From: Escherichia phage ime
Sequence record: MN850576.1
Strand: one strand, 5' to 3'
Length of the DNA stretch: 64,000 nt
Shown: piece by piece, positions 16,863-25,357 of the stretch
Position numbering within the stretch: position 1 is the first letter of the stretch
How the letters are laid out: each line of letters begins with the position of its first letter
Notes under the pieces: model-generated
Databases searched by the model: none
What the model was told of the DNA's origin: nothing
The model's input: only the letters and a program-made list of their open reading frames with translations
Program-made: the position numbers and the translations under genes

Positions 16863-17994
16863 AGAATATCCACTTATTGAGTCCATAGATTGTCTGGCTG
16901 ATCTTCTTGAACCTGACGCTATAGTTTATTATGACTTCGATCAGGTTGCATATCAAGCTGCAGCAAGTTGTGAAAAAAGGACAATTGAGGTAACACACAA
17001 AGCCTCCGGACGTAAGAAGATGTTTAAAACACGAACAGAGTTCTGGGGGCGGCAGAAGAACACAGTTGGTGGTTGGTTAAAAGCTGAGAATACCAACCGT
17101 GAAGCTGCATGTAAAAAGGCTGGCAAGGAGTTTATTCCGTGGACACGAGAAGATTTCGATGTCTTGGATATCCAAACCCCTGATCCTGTAGAGAACTGCT
17201 TGCACACAATTAAGTGTAAAGCGAATGCAGTCCTTAATTATCTCGGTATTCCGGAAGATCGGTGCGTGGGGGTACTTGGAGGCACAGGTAATTTCAGACT
17301 AGATCTTCCCATGCCGGAAAGATATAAAGCCAACCGTAACAATACTCTTCGACCACTGCTGCTTGGAGATGCAAGACAGTATCTCCAAAAGCAGTATAAT
17401 GCTCAAGTGATCAACGGTATCGAGGCTGACGACTGGTTAGCTATCCAGCAATTTGAAGGTTGGAACCACTACCAAAAAACAGGTAAGTTCAACAAGTTTA
17501 TTATCTCTATTGATAAGGACCAAAGAACACTGCCGGGGCTTGTGTTCGATCCCATGCGAAACGATAAGGGAGATTTTGTAAGGGAAACCCCTATGCTGAT
17601 CGATAACGGTATGGGGAACATCTTCATGAAGCCTAATGGAGAGGTTGGTGGTTACGGAATGCTGTTCTTCGGATACCAAATGCTGTGTGGTGACTCTGCC
17701 GACAATATCAAGCCGTATCAAGGACTTATCGGTAAGGGTAAGTTCGGGGATGCCTCAGCATTCTACCTACTGTCTCAGTGCAGCACTCCAAAGGAGATGT
17801 GGGTGGCTATTATTGATCAGTACAAGAAGTGGTTCCCGAAAGGTGTTGTTAAGTATACTGACTTCAATGGTGTTGATCGTAGAATTTCCGTAGGTCAATG
17901 GATGAGTATAATTTTTGACTGTTTGTATATGAAGCGAACATTCAATGATCAAACAAAACTTGTTAACGTTCTTAGAAATGTTGGAGCAATTTGA
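16855..17994 (+). CDS. flap endonuclease / 5'-3' exonuclease (FEN family)
   Basis: INGIEADDWLA and CGDSADNIKPYQGLIGKGKFGDASAFYLL match FEN metal-binding and helix-hairpin-helix signatures; TTG start after GGAGGG. Confidence 0.7.
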   Translation: MSREYPLIESIDCLADLLEPDAIVYYDFDQVAYQAAASCEKRTIEVTHKASGRKKMFKTRTEFWGRQKNTVGGWLKAENTNREAACKKAGKEFIPWTREDFDVLDIQTPDPVENCLHTIKCKANAVLNYLGIPEDRCVGVLGGTGNFRLDLPMPERYKANRNNTLRPLLLGDARQYLQKQYNAQVINGIEADDWLAIQQFEGWNHYQKTGKFNKFIISIDKDQRTLPGLVFDPMRNDKGDFVRETPMLIDNGMGNIFMKPNGEVGGYGMLFFGYQMLCGDSADNIKPYQGLIGKGKFGDASAFYLLSQCSTPKEMWVAIIDQYKKWFPKGVVKYTDFNGVDRRISVGQWMSIIFDCLYMKRTFNDQTKLVNVLRNVGAI

Positions 17995-18326
17995 TGACTA
18001 AAAATTCTGTAGATAGTGCAATTATGGAAGCTGTTTTTGAGGATGATCATACAACAGGGACACTTAAAACAAAAAATACATTCGTTGTTGCCACAGGTAT
18101 GTGGCGGTTGTATGAAGATGACACCATTTCATACATCCTGTACACTGATGATTACGCAGATGACCGTGTATGGTCTGCTGTTTTAAAAGAGGATTGTGAA
18201 CTGATTGAGGGCGAGCGGTTATGCATGTTCACCAGTGTGGAAACAGATGTTAAGCTTTGCTCTCTCGTCTTGTTCAAAGATAAGGCTTATGCTCCTGATG
18301 AAGGAGAGGAGGATGAGGAAGTATGA
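17991..18326 (+). CDS. hypothetical acidic protein
   Basis: 111-aa ORF, ATGA-coupled. Confidence 0.4.
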   Translation: MMTKNSVDSAIMEAVFEDDHTTGTLKTKNTFVVATGMWRLYEDDTISYILYTDDYADDRVWSAVLKEDCELIEGERLCMFTSVETDVKLCSLVLFKDKAYAPDEGEEDEEV

Positions 18327-18952
18327 GAGAGCGTCTATTATCCATAGACCAGTCGTTGACACACACAGCTTGCGTTGTATGGGACGATGGAAAGCCTGTT
18401 CATAAGGTTGTGTTACGAACTCAAAGCTCATCTGCAAAAGAGAAGAAACCAGGGACGGTTTCTTTTGCAACAGCTGCTGAGCGTATTGACTGGATCTGCA
18501 AACAGGTCAGATATTATATCCACACGCACGGAGTTGACACCGTGGTTATGGAAGGACTTTCCTTCGGATCTCGCGGGGATGCCACACGTGAACTGGCTGG
18601 GTTGTTTTACGGTCTCGAAGTTATGCTTTGGGATGCTTTAGCTGATTGTGAAAATGACGGCCTGTTTAAGGTTCACACAGTGACACCAACAACTGCCAAA
18701 AAGTTTGCTCGTAGTCATCTTCCTGAAGAACTTGCTTTTGAGGAGAAGAAAAAGCTTGACAAAAAGACAGGTAAAGAGCATACTGTGAAGAAACCTGTTA
18801 CGATGGATAAAAAGTTGATGGTTAAGGCCTGCGAAGTATCTGAACCAGGGTTCCTAGATGGGATCAATTTGGTACAAGGTAAGGCCGATCTCGCAGATGC
18901 TTATTGGATAGGCAGGGCGCATCTGGAGGGGTTATCGCAAAGCGTAAAATAA
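18323..18952 (+). CDS. putative RuvC-like (RNase H-fold) junction-resolving nuclease
   Basis: N-terminal LSIDQSLTHTACVVWD and VVMEGL segments resemble RuvC/YqgF fold motifs; weak. Confidence 0.35.
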   Translation: MRERLLSIDQSLTHTACVVWDDGKPVHKVVLRTQSSSAKEKKPGTVSFATAAERIDWICKQVRYYIHTHGVDTVVMEGLSFGSRGDATRELAGLFYGLEVMLWDALADCENDGLFKVHTVTPTTAKKFARSHLPEELAFEEKKKLDKKTGKEHTVKKPVTMDKKLMVKACEVSEPGFLDGINLVQGKADLADAYWIGRAHLEGLSQSVK

Positions 18953-19509
18953 GAAAGAAAGCTGTCAAAGCCCCCGTTCATAGCGGGTGGCTAAAAGATT
19001 CTAAGGACATAGCCAACTTTCGAAAAGAATTGTCAGAGGAGCAGGATGGTCTTGATCCGATCTTGTGCGAGCCACTTCGTAAGCCTTGTTTAGATCATGA
19101 TCATCTGACTGGTCGTTGCAGGGGTGTTTTGTCTCAGTGCACTAATACCTTTGAGGGGTATGTGCTTAAATACTGGATGAAATACTGTAACGAGTATACA
19201 GATTGCAGTTTATCAGAGGCGTTGCGCCGGATGGCTGACTATCTGGAGAAAGACTACAGCGACTTCCCGCTCCACAAAAACTACAGAGATGATATGACAA
19301 AGTTCTTGAGGAGATGCTCTAAAGCTACGATTATTGCACGAGCAGAATCAGATCTCAATCTTGTCATTAATCCAGAGTGCACCAAGCATGAGGCTATTGA
19401 GTCCTACATGCAGGAGTTTATAAAGAAAACTGAGGAGAGAGATTTCTATGGGGATGAAAAAGGTATTCAATCCTTGCGACTCAGTCCTGATCAGGATGAA
19501 ATACCGTAA
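18904..19509 (+). CDS. endonuclease VII-like (T4 gp49-type) nuclease; start codon uncertain
   Basis: CLDHDHLTGRCRGVLSQCTNTFEG matches the Endo VII Zn/His-Me core; ORF track start is TTG without SD and overlaps upstream gene. Confidence 0.55.
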   Translation: MDRQGASGGVIAKRKIRKKAVKAPVHSGWLKDSKDIANFRKELSEEQDGLDPILCEPLRKPCLDHDHLTGRCRGVLSQCTNTFEGYVLKYWMKYCNEYTDCSLSEALRRMADYLEKDYSDFPLHKNYRDDMTKFLRRCSKATIIARAESDLNLVINPECTKHEAIESYMQEFIKKTEERDFYGDEKGIQSLRLSPDQDEIP

Positions 19510-19669
19510 CTGGAAAGGTGTTGTTGCAGATCGCTGCGTTACTGAGCCTAATTTATGGTTTGGCTCTACAGAGTATCATAAAGAAGAGCAGTGGTTGATG
19601 CATGCCTTTGATGTAGACAAGGGCGAATATCGTGACTTCGCTTTAAAAGACATTCTTCAGTTTTACTAA
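19448..19669 (+). CDS. hypothetical protein
   Basis: 73-aa ORF; overlaps upstream gene, start uncertain. Confidence 0.3.
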   Translation: MGMKKVFNPCDSVLIRMKYRNWKGVVADRCVTEPNLWFGSTEYHKEEQWLMHAFDVDKGEYRDFALKDILQFY

Positions 19670-19681
19670 GGAATTTTGACG

Positions 19682-20665
19682 ATGATGACAAAGTTAACTC
19701 TTGAGCAAATTTTAACACTAAAGCAGCAGGGATACACTAATAGACAAATTGCTCGTGAATTTTTAGGCCGTGAGTCACGTGAGAGTTGGATCCGACTACA
19801 GCTTAAACGTGCACAAGAGAATATGTCAGAGATTGTAGGAGAAGCAACGGAGCGCTTCCTTGAAGAACACAAAGGAGCTAAAGTTTGGGTGTATGATACA
19901 GAAACATCACCAACAAACGGCTGGTTCTTTGGGCACTATAAGACCAACATTCAAACCTGCGGTATTGAAATTATGCCCTATATGCTAACTTTCGCAGGTA
20001 AGTGGTTAGACAGTCCTAGTGTGGTTGACTGCGCTCTTCCCGATTACAAAATGTGGGATGAGGATATTCACAATGACCTCGAATTGATTCAGGACTTGTG
20101 GTATTATCTGGATAAATGTGATGTCGCAGTAGCCCACAATTCAGGTTTTGACTGTGGGTGGGCAAACCAACGATTTGCATTTCACGGGTTGCCTCCAACA
20201 AGCCCATACAAAGAGGTTGACACCCTTAAAATGATCAAGAAGGCATTCCGTTTGAATGCAAACACTTTGGAGTATGCATGCAAATACTTCCAACTTGCCA
20301 GACAGAAACTGATTGACCACACATTTGAAATGTGGATCAAGTGTGTTCATGGTGATCTTGAGGCGTTTAAACAGATGCGGGAGTACAATGTTGGTGATAT
20401 CCTATCTCTGGAAGGCCTGTATTTGCTGGCACGCCCGTTTGCTAAGCAGCACCCCAACATGTCATTGTACTACCAGGATGAGGAGCCAAAAGTTCGTTGC
20501 CCACGCTGCGGTGGAGAACACCTTCACGAGGAAGAAGCTTTGGCGTATACTCAACTGAGTGCATTTAAAACATATCGCTGCGAAGGTTGTGGATCTGTTG
20601 TTCGTGACCGTAACAACATCCGTACCAGAGAAGAAATGAAAAACACCCTGATTCAGATAATCTAA
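19682..20665 (+). CDS. DEDD-family 3'-5' exonuclease with C-terminal zinc ribbon
   Basis: VWVYDTETS (Exo I), AVAHNSGFD (Exo II), HGDL...YNVGD (Exo III-like); C-terminal CPRCG...CEGCG; ATG 19682 with AAGGA SD. Confidence 0.6.
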   Translation: MMTKLTLEQILTLKQQGYTNRQIAREFLGRESRESWIRLQLKRAQENMSEIVGEATERFLEEHKGAKVWVYDTETSPTNGWFFGHYKTNIQTCGIEIMPYMLTFAGKWLDSPSVVDCALPDYKMWDEDIHNDLELIQDLWYYLDKCDVAVAHNSGFDCGWANQRFAFHGLPPTSPYKEVDTLKMIKKAFRLNANTLEYACKYFQLARQKLIDHTFEMWIKCVHGDLEAFKQMREYNVGDILSLEGLYLLARPFAKQHPNMSLYYQDEEPKVRCPRCGGEHLHEEEALAYTQLSAFKTYRCEGCGSVVRDRNNIRTREEMKNTLIQII

Positions 20666-20674
20666 TCAAGTATA

Positions 20675-20702
20675 GGGAGGCTTGCGCCTCCCTTTTCCTT
20701 TT
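20675..20702 (+). terminator. rho-independent terminator
   Basis: GGGAGGC-TTGC-GCCTCCC hairpin followed by TTTTCCTTTT, right after stop at 20663-20665. Confidence 0.6.
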
Positions 20703-20711
20703 GGAGGCACT

Positions 20712-21530
20712 TTGAGCAAGAAAGAGTCCAACGACAAATATTACACAAACCCTGAGTATGCAGAATATCTTGTTGGTAAAGTAAAAGATAAGTATGGAAA
20801 TTGTGCATACGTTGAGCCTTCTGCTGGAAGGGGTTCTTTTTCAAAACTATTTTCAGAGATACTGTCTTACGATCTAGTACCAGATCCTGAATTTGAAGGA
20901 CCAACACCGTGCATTCAGGCAAACTTCTTGGAGGTGCATCCCAAGGCAGATGTCTTCATAGGTAACCCACCATTTGGCAAGAATTCATCTTTAGCTTGCA
21001 AATTCTTTAACCATTGTGCATCATTGCTAGAGCTTGGAGGGGCTATAGCCTTCATCTTGCCACGGACATTTGAAAAAATATTTTTTGCAAACAAACTGGA
21101 CATGTCGATGCACCTTGTCTACAGTGAAAGGTGCCCTAAGAACTCGTTTCTACTTAATGGCAAACCTTATGACGTGCCGTGTGTTTTCCAAATTTGGGAG
21201 AAAAAGGCGTGCAACAGGGATCCTGTAGAGATTGGGGAGAATAAGTTATTTTCTTTTAGCACTCCAGATGACTACGACTTCTGTGTAAGACGTGTTGGGT
21301 ATAATGCTGGAAAAGTATTGGGGGAGGATGACCCAAAATCTGAAGAATCAACATATTTCATAAAATCTTTAGTTGACGGTGTTGACAGAGTGTTTGCTGA
21401 ATGCTATTCTTCTTTTCAAGAAGAAGCAGGTAAGACTGCCGGAATGAAGAGTATAGGTAAGAAAGAACTACAATACATTTTGGAGACTAGGTATGATCAA
21501 AAGCATAGACTTGACCAAAGAACTTACTGA
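20712..21530 (+). CDS. N6-adenine DNA methyltransferase
   Basis: Motif I-like EPSAGRGSF and motif IV IGNPPFG; ORF-track start 20682 lies inside the terminator hairpin, so in-frame TTG 20712 after GGAGG is proposed. Confidence 0.65.
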   Translation: MSKKESNDKYYTNPEYAEYLVGKVKDKYGNCAYVEPSAGRGSFSKLFSEILSYDLVPDPEFEGPTPCIQANFLEVHPKADVFIGNPPFGKNSSLACKFFNHCASLLELGGAIAFILPRTFEKIFFANKLDMSMHLVYSERCPKNSFLLNGKPYDVPCVFQIWEKKACNRDPVEIGENKLFSFSTPDDYDFCVRRVGYNAGKVLGEDDPKSEESTYFIKSLVDGVDRVFAECYSSFQEEAGKTAGMKSIGKKELQYILETRYDQKHRLDQRTY

Positions 21531-21951
21531 TGCAAAAGCTTTTGGTGAGACAGCGGTACAAAGGGGGCAGGCGATGGGACTGGCACTACCTTTCGTATTA
21601 AAAGAGCACTTTACAGATTTTCAACTTATCAAGGGTGATAAGGGAATGCTTATCCTGGAGCATAAGTTGAGTAAGAAACGCTATAAAGTTGTTTTTAATT
21701 CTAAAGCTCCAACAAAACTGGGATTCAGAACTTACAATCTTAACCCATCCTACACTAAGGGTGTTGGAAGGGTAGAACAACAGCATTTCAGCGCCAGAGC
21801 TTCTTTAGCCCCTTTGATGCTAAATTTCTCAGGGGTGGCTTTAGGATACCTTGATAAGAAAAGAGTTCTTCATGTCCGTTTCACAGACTTTGTAACGCTT
21901 CTAGCCAACAACGAGGTTGATGAAAAGGGACGTGTAAAAACAAACTTCTAA
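21493..21951 (+). CDS. hypothetical protein
   Basis: 152-aa ORF; ATG preceded by GGAGACTAGG. Confidence 0.45.
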   Translation: MIKSIDLTKELTDAKAFGETAVQRGQAMGLALPFVLKEHFTDFQLIKGDKGMLILEHKLSKKRYKVVFNSKAPTKLGFRTYNLNPSYTKGVGRVEQQHFSARASLAPLMLNFSGVALGYLDKKRVLHVRFTDFVTLLANNEVDEKGRVKTNF

Positions 21952-21966
21952 TAACGCATAGTATGA

Positions 21967-22170
21967 TTGGAGAACGCAATGACACTAAAGTTAACAATTC
22001 CAGACAGCTTTTCAGAAGACTTTATCCCAGAAATGATGGGTAAGATGCGATCATTGCTTGATCAGATCGAGGAAGCTGTTTGGGAAGACGATGCTGTAGT
22101 GGCTAACGAGCTGGTAGATAAGTGTAAAAGTATTATTGATGCAGTTGAAGAATACCACGGAGGTTTTTGA
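21967..22170 (+). CDS. hypothetical acidic protein
   Basis: 67-aa ORF, ATGA-coupled to next gene. Confidence 0.4.
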   Translation: MENAMTLKLTIPDSFSEDFIPEMMGKMRSLLDQIEEAVWEDDAVVANELVDKCKSIIDAVEEYHGGF

Positions 22171-22784
22171 TGGATATTATTGTTCTTAACGCCCCACCCA
22201 GCAGTGGTAAGGATCACATTGCAGATCTCTTGTTGGAAGCTATTCCTAACTCACACCACCGTGAGGTTAAGGAGATGCTCTTCAGTGTGGCAATTAAGGC
22301 AGCTGGTGTAACTCCTCAACTCTGGAATGCACTTTATGACCGCCACTACAAAGAAGAGCCTTGCCCTTTCTTAATGATAGACGGCAAGCATGTTTCTCCG
22401 CGAGAATGGATGATCCATTGTAGTGAAAATCTGATTAAACCTATCTTTGGTGAAGATGCTTTCGGTAAAGCCGCAGTCGCATCTTTGAAGAAAGATTTCC
22501 CTAAAGGTAAAGGGGTTGTTGTTTACTCCGATGGTGGATTCAAAGAGGAGCTGGCATGCCTTAGCGAGTACGCGTACAGCACAGGTGGAGATCTGTTGTT
22601 GTTCCGTATTCACCGTGTCGGATATGACTGGGGAAATGATTCCAGAACCTATCTAAGTCTGGAAAAGAACGGAATAAAAGGAATTGAGTTCGATGTTGTA
22701 AACCCTGAAGGTGCACCTTGGGAATGTGCATCGGAGATTGTGTGCAAGTATATTGATGCTAAAGAGGCCCAAGAAGAATGTTAA
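22167..22784 (+). CDS. deoxynucleoside monophosphate kinase-like P-loop kinase
   Basis: N-terminal IIVLNAPPSSGKDHIADLL resembles T4 gp1 dNMP kinase P-loop (GxxxSGKD). Confidence 0.55.
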   Translation: MMDIIVLNAPPSSGKDHIADLLLEAIPNSHHREVKEMLFSVAIKAAGVTPQLWNALYDRHYKEEPCPFLMIDGKHVSPREWMIHCSENLIKPIFGEDAFGKAAVASLKKDFPKGKGVVVYSDGGFKEELACLSEYAYSTGGDLLLFRIHRVGYDWGNDSRTYLSLEKNGIKGIEFDVVNPEGAPWECASEIVCKYIDAKEAQEEC

Positions 22785-23371
22785 TCGGTATTGATGTAGA
22801 TTTGACACTGGTAGATTCAGGAACAGCATGGTGGGAGTGGTTGGAGCGTTTATATGGTCCAGCCAGTAAGACAGTCACTAAACCTTCTAATGGGTTAATG
22901 TATTACGATCTGTCAAAGTATTGGCCTAATCGCCCCAAAGAAAACATCATAGGGCCTTTTGATTTCTGGAGTGACCCGTTCCTCTACGACTTTCTTAAGC
23001 CTGAAGAGGGGGCTATTGAGGTTATGAAAGATTTGGTGGCTCGTGGTCACAAGCTTGCATTTATCTCGGTATGCAAGAAAGGTCACCTTGCATCTAAATC
23101 AAGGTTCTTAAAGCGTTGGACTAGTGATTTTATGGATCTGGACGATCACACCCAGGGTCACGGCTTCTACGCCACGCATTTCAAGGGAAATGTGGCTGTA
23201 GATGTTATAATTGACGACAGGCATGAATACCTGAACCAATTCGCTTCACGCCCTGAAGTTATTAAAATCCTAAAAGATACGCCTTATGAGCAATTTGAGG
23301 AGTTAAAGGTTAGTGTTGACTATACCGCTAATAGCTGGTATAAAATAGGAAAGTTTTTAGAAGGTATTTGA
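22778..23371 (+). CDS. HAD-superfamily hydrolase (possible 5'-nucleotidase)
   Basis: N-terminal IGIDVDLTL = HAD motif I (DxDxT); sits between dNMP kinase and thymidylate synthase genes. Confidence 0.5.
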   Translation: MLIGIDVDLTLVDSGTAWWEWLERLYGPASKTVTKPSNGLMYYDLSKYWPNRPKENIIGPFDFWSDPFLYDFLKPEEGAIEVMKDLVARGHKLAFISVCKKGHLASKSRFLKRWTSDFMDLDDHTQGHGFYATHFKGNVAVDVIIDDRHEYLNQFASRPEVIKILKDTPYEQFEELKVSVDYTANSWYKIGKFLEGI

Positions 23372-23372
23372 A

Positions 23373-23573
23373 ATGGGCAGATGTTCTAAAGGTGGCGATC
23401 CTGTAGTCAGATACGGTGACTGGCTAGAGGTGTATGATCTGGGAGGTAAGCTGGTGTATGCCTCCAGGATCACCCAAGACATGTGCTCCGATATGCTCAA
23501 CAGATACCTTGCATTTAAGGCCAACATAAACCCAGACGAAATTTCCAAAATTAAAACAAGGAGAGCTAAATAA
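23373..23573 (+). CDS. hypothetical protein
   Basis: 66-aa ORF, coupled to thyX-like gene. Confidence 0.4.
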   Translation: MGRCSKGGDPVVRYGDWLEVYDLGGKLVYASRITQDMCSDMLNRYLAFKANINPDEISKIKTRRAK

Positions 23574-24556
23574 TGCTAAAACTGTGCACTGCAAAGATCA
23601 TTGCTGACAGCATTTCCGAGAAAGGTAAGCGCATCACAACTTTTGAGCTAGAGTATCCTCGAATTATTCACTCAGAGCTTATGACGCACCGAGTGTTCAG
23701 CCGAAACGCCATGTCTTCCCGTGCAGTGCCTGTCGGAAAGATGCTGCAACAGATTGTGGAGAATCCGGCAATGCCAGTTCGCTTCGGTGTAAATAAGCGA
23801 GGAATGGAAGATGGTGGGGAACACGATCAAAAGATCCGTGTAGAGTACACTGATATGGAGCTAACTCCGGAAGAGTTTTGGAAAGAAGCTGCAAAAAACG
23901 CCGCTTGGCATGCAGAGAAGTTTGCCCTTGCTGGTTACCATAAGCAAGTATGTAACCGCTTAGTGGAGCCTTTTCAGCGCATGAAAACAGTTGTAACAAG
24001 CACCGAGTGGAATAATTTTTTCCACCTCCGTTGCTGGCACGATGCGGATCCTACGATTCAGATGTTAGCTAATTGTATGTGGGAGGCTCTTGTGAATAGC
24101 ACTCCTGAAATCCTTAAACCGGGTCAATGGCACACTCCATATGTAGAGCACGTTTATTTGGACGGGGAGTTTAACTACGCTGTACGTGACACAGAAGGAA
24201 AGCTCTGCATTCTCGATACTAAAGAAGCTCTGTCTATCAGTGCTAGTTGCTGTGCACAAGTATCTTATCGAAATATTGACAGCACGTTTGAAAAGGCAGA
24301 CAGTGTGGCTAAAAAATTGATTGGTGGGGATCGTATTCATGCAAGCCCTTACGAGCACCAGGCAACACCTATGGATCACGATAACGCAATGGAACGTTTA
24401 AACTACTACCTGTCTTCATGTGAAATCACACAAGACATCAGTACTTGGCAGGAAGGTGTAACCCATCAAGACCGTGATGGTAAATTCTGGTCTGCCAACT
24501 TTTGTGGGTGGGTTCAGCACAGACAACTGCTTAATAACCACTTCGTGAAAGGTTAA
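23573..24556 (+). CDS. thyX: flavin-dependent thymidylate synthase (ThyX-like)
   Basis: HSELMTHRVFSRNAMSSRA fits the ThyX RHR-x7-S signature (T substituting first R); nucleotide-metabolism context. Confidence 0.55.
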   Translation: MLKLCTAKIIADSISEKGKRITTFELEYPRIIHSELMTHRVFSRNAMSSRAVPVGKMLQQIVENPAMPVRFGVNKRGMEDGGEHDQKIRVEYTDMELTPEEFWKEAAKNAAWHAEKFALAGYHKQVCNRLVEPFQRMKTVVTSTEWNNFFHLRCWHDADPTIQMLANCMWEALVNSTPEILKPGQWHTPYVEHVYLDGEFNYAVRDTEGKLCILDTKEALSISASCCAQVSYRNIDSTFEKADSVAKKLIGGDRIHASPYEHQATPMDHDNAMERLNYYLSSCEITQDISTWQEGVTHQDRDGKFWSANFCGWVQHRQLLNNHFVKG

Positions 24557-24585
24557 TCCTATCACAGCGATAGGTAACTTTTGTG

Positions 24586-24614
24586 TTGACTAATAGTATT
24601 AGATAATCTATAAT
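24586..24614 (+). promoter_or_regulatory. sigma70-like promoter (TTGACT-N17-TATAAT)
   Basis: -35 TTGACT 24586-24591, 17-nt spacer, -10 TATAAT 24609-24614. Confidence 0.6.
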
Positions 24615-24642
24615 AATGGCTCACTTTGTTGGTGAGCCAGAA

Positions 24643-25116
24643 ATGGAGACAGATATGAGTAATGTTATGATTCCTAAAAAGACATTTATTTCAGTTACTT
24701 TGGATTTCCTATCTACCGTTCCCGGGTTTAACGTTCGCACACGAAACGGTCTCCGAGCTGCACTCTTTGCCGTAGGGTTTGATTTAAAAAGTATTGATGT
24801 TCTTCGTGGAAAAAACGTTCGATGCAAAAATAAGCCAACACATTATCGAAAGGCAGATGTATTTGCTGGTGTCATGCGTGCAGACTTTAGATACCCGCAA
24901 ATGTATAACGGTGTAGATATTTTAGATGTGGATAAAGCACCTGGTGAGGCAATGCTTGTTCAAGATCTTCCGTATGATATTCCTGTAGAGGATCGTGTTA
25001 ATGTAAGAAAGTATACAAAACAATCTGAAAAGGCTGAAGATATTCATATTGTTGATGAACCTTTCAATTTTGAAGATCTGCATCGCCTGGAAAAATTATT
25101 CGGTATTGAAAGCTAA
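24643..25116 (+). CDS. hypothetical protein
   Basis: ORF track start 24616 lies upstream of predicted transcription start; in-frame Met at 24643 or 24655 proposed. Confidence 0.4.
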   Translation: METDMSNVMIPKKTFISVTLDFLSTVPGFNVRTRNGLRAALFAVGFDLKSIDVLRGKNVRCKNKPTHYRKADVFAGVMRADFRYPQMYNGVDILDVDKAPGEAMLVQDLPYDIPVEDRVNVRKYTKQSEKAEDIHIVDEPFNFEDLHRLEKLFGIES

Positions 25117-25126
25117 GGTGGTGAAG

Positions 25127-25357
25127 ATGAGTCATAACTCCAAGTGGAAGGATCTTGGTTTTGCAAGTCGGTCAGAGTATGTTGGTTGGCTTTGGTTCAA
25201 CGGCCTGACAAACGATATTAAAATGTATGATGATGTTTATTATGACGAGTATACAGGCAAAATTATAAATATCTCTGTAGAAGAGGATACCTTTATCCAG
25301 CAAGATACTGATACCTGCCTTGATAAATACGTTGATGAAGTGGAGGAAGCAAATTGA
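25127..25357 (+). CDS. hypothetical protein
   Basis: Met at 25127 after AAGGTGGTGAAG; 4-nt overlap with nrdA start. Confidence 0.4.
   Translation: MSHNSKWKDLGFASRSEYVGWLWFNGLTNDIKMYDDVYYDEYTGKIINISVEEDTFIQQDTDTCLDKYVDEVEEAN

Noticed and set aside
20682-20711. ORF-track start of the methyltransferase at 20682
   Set aside because: That start lies inside the stem of the upstream terminator hairpin; an in-frame TTG after GGAGG at 20712 is more plausible.
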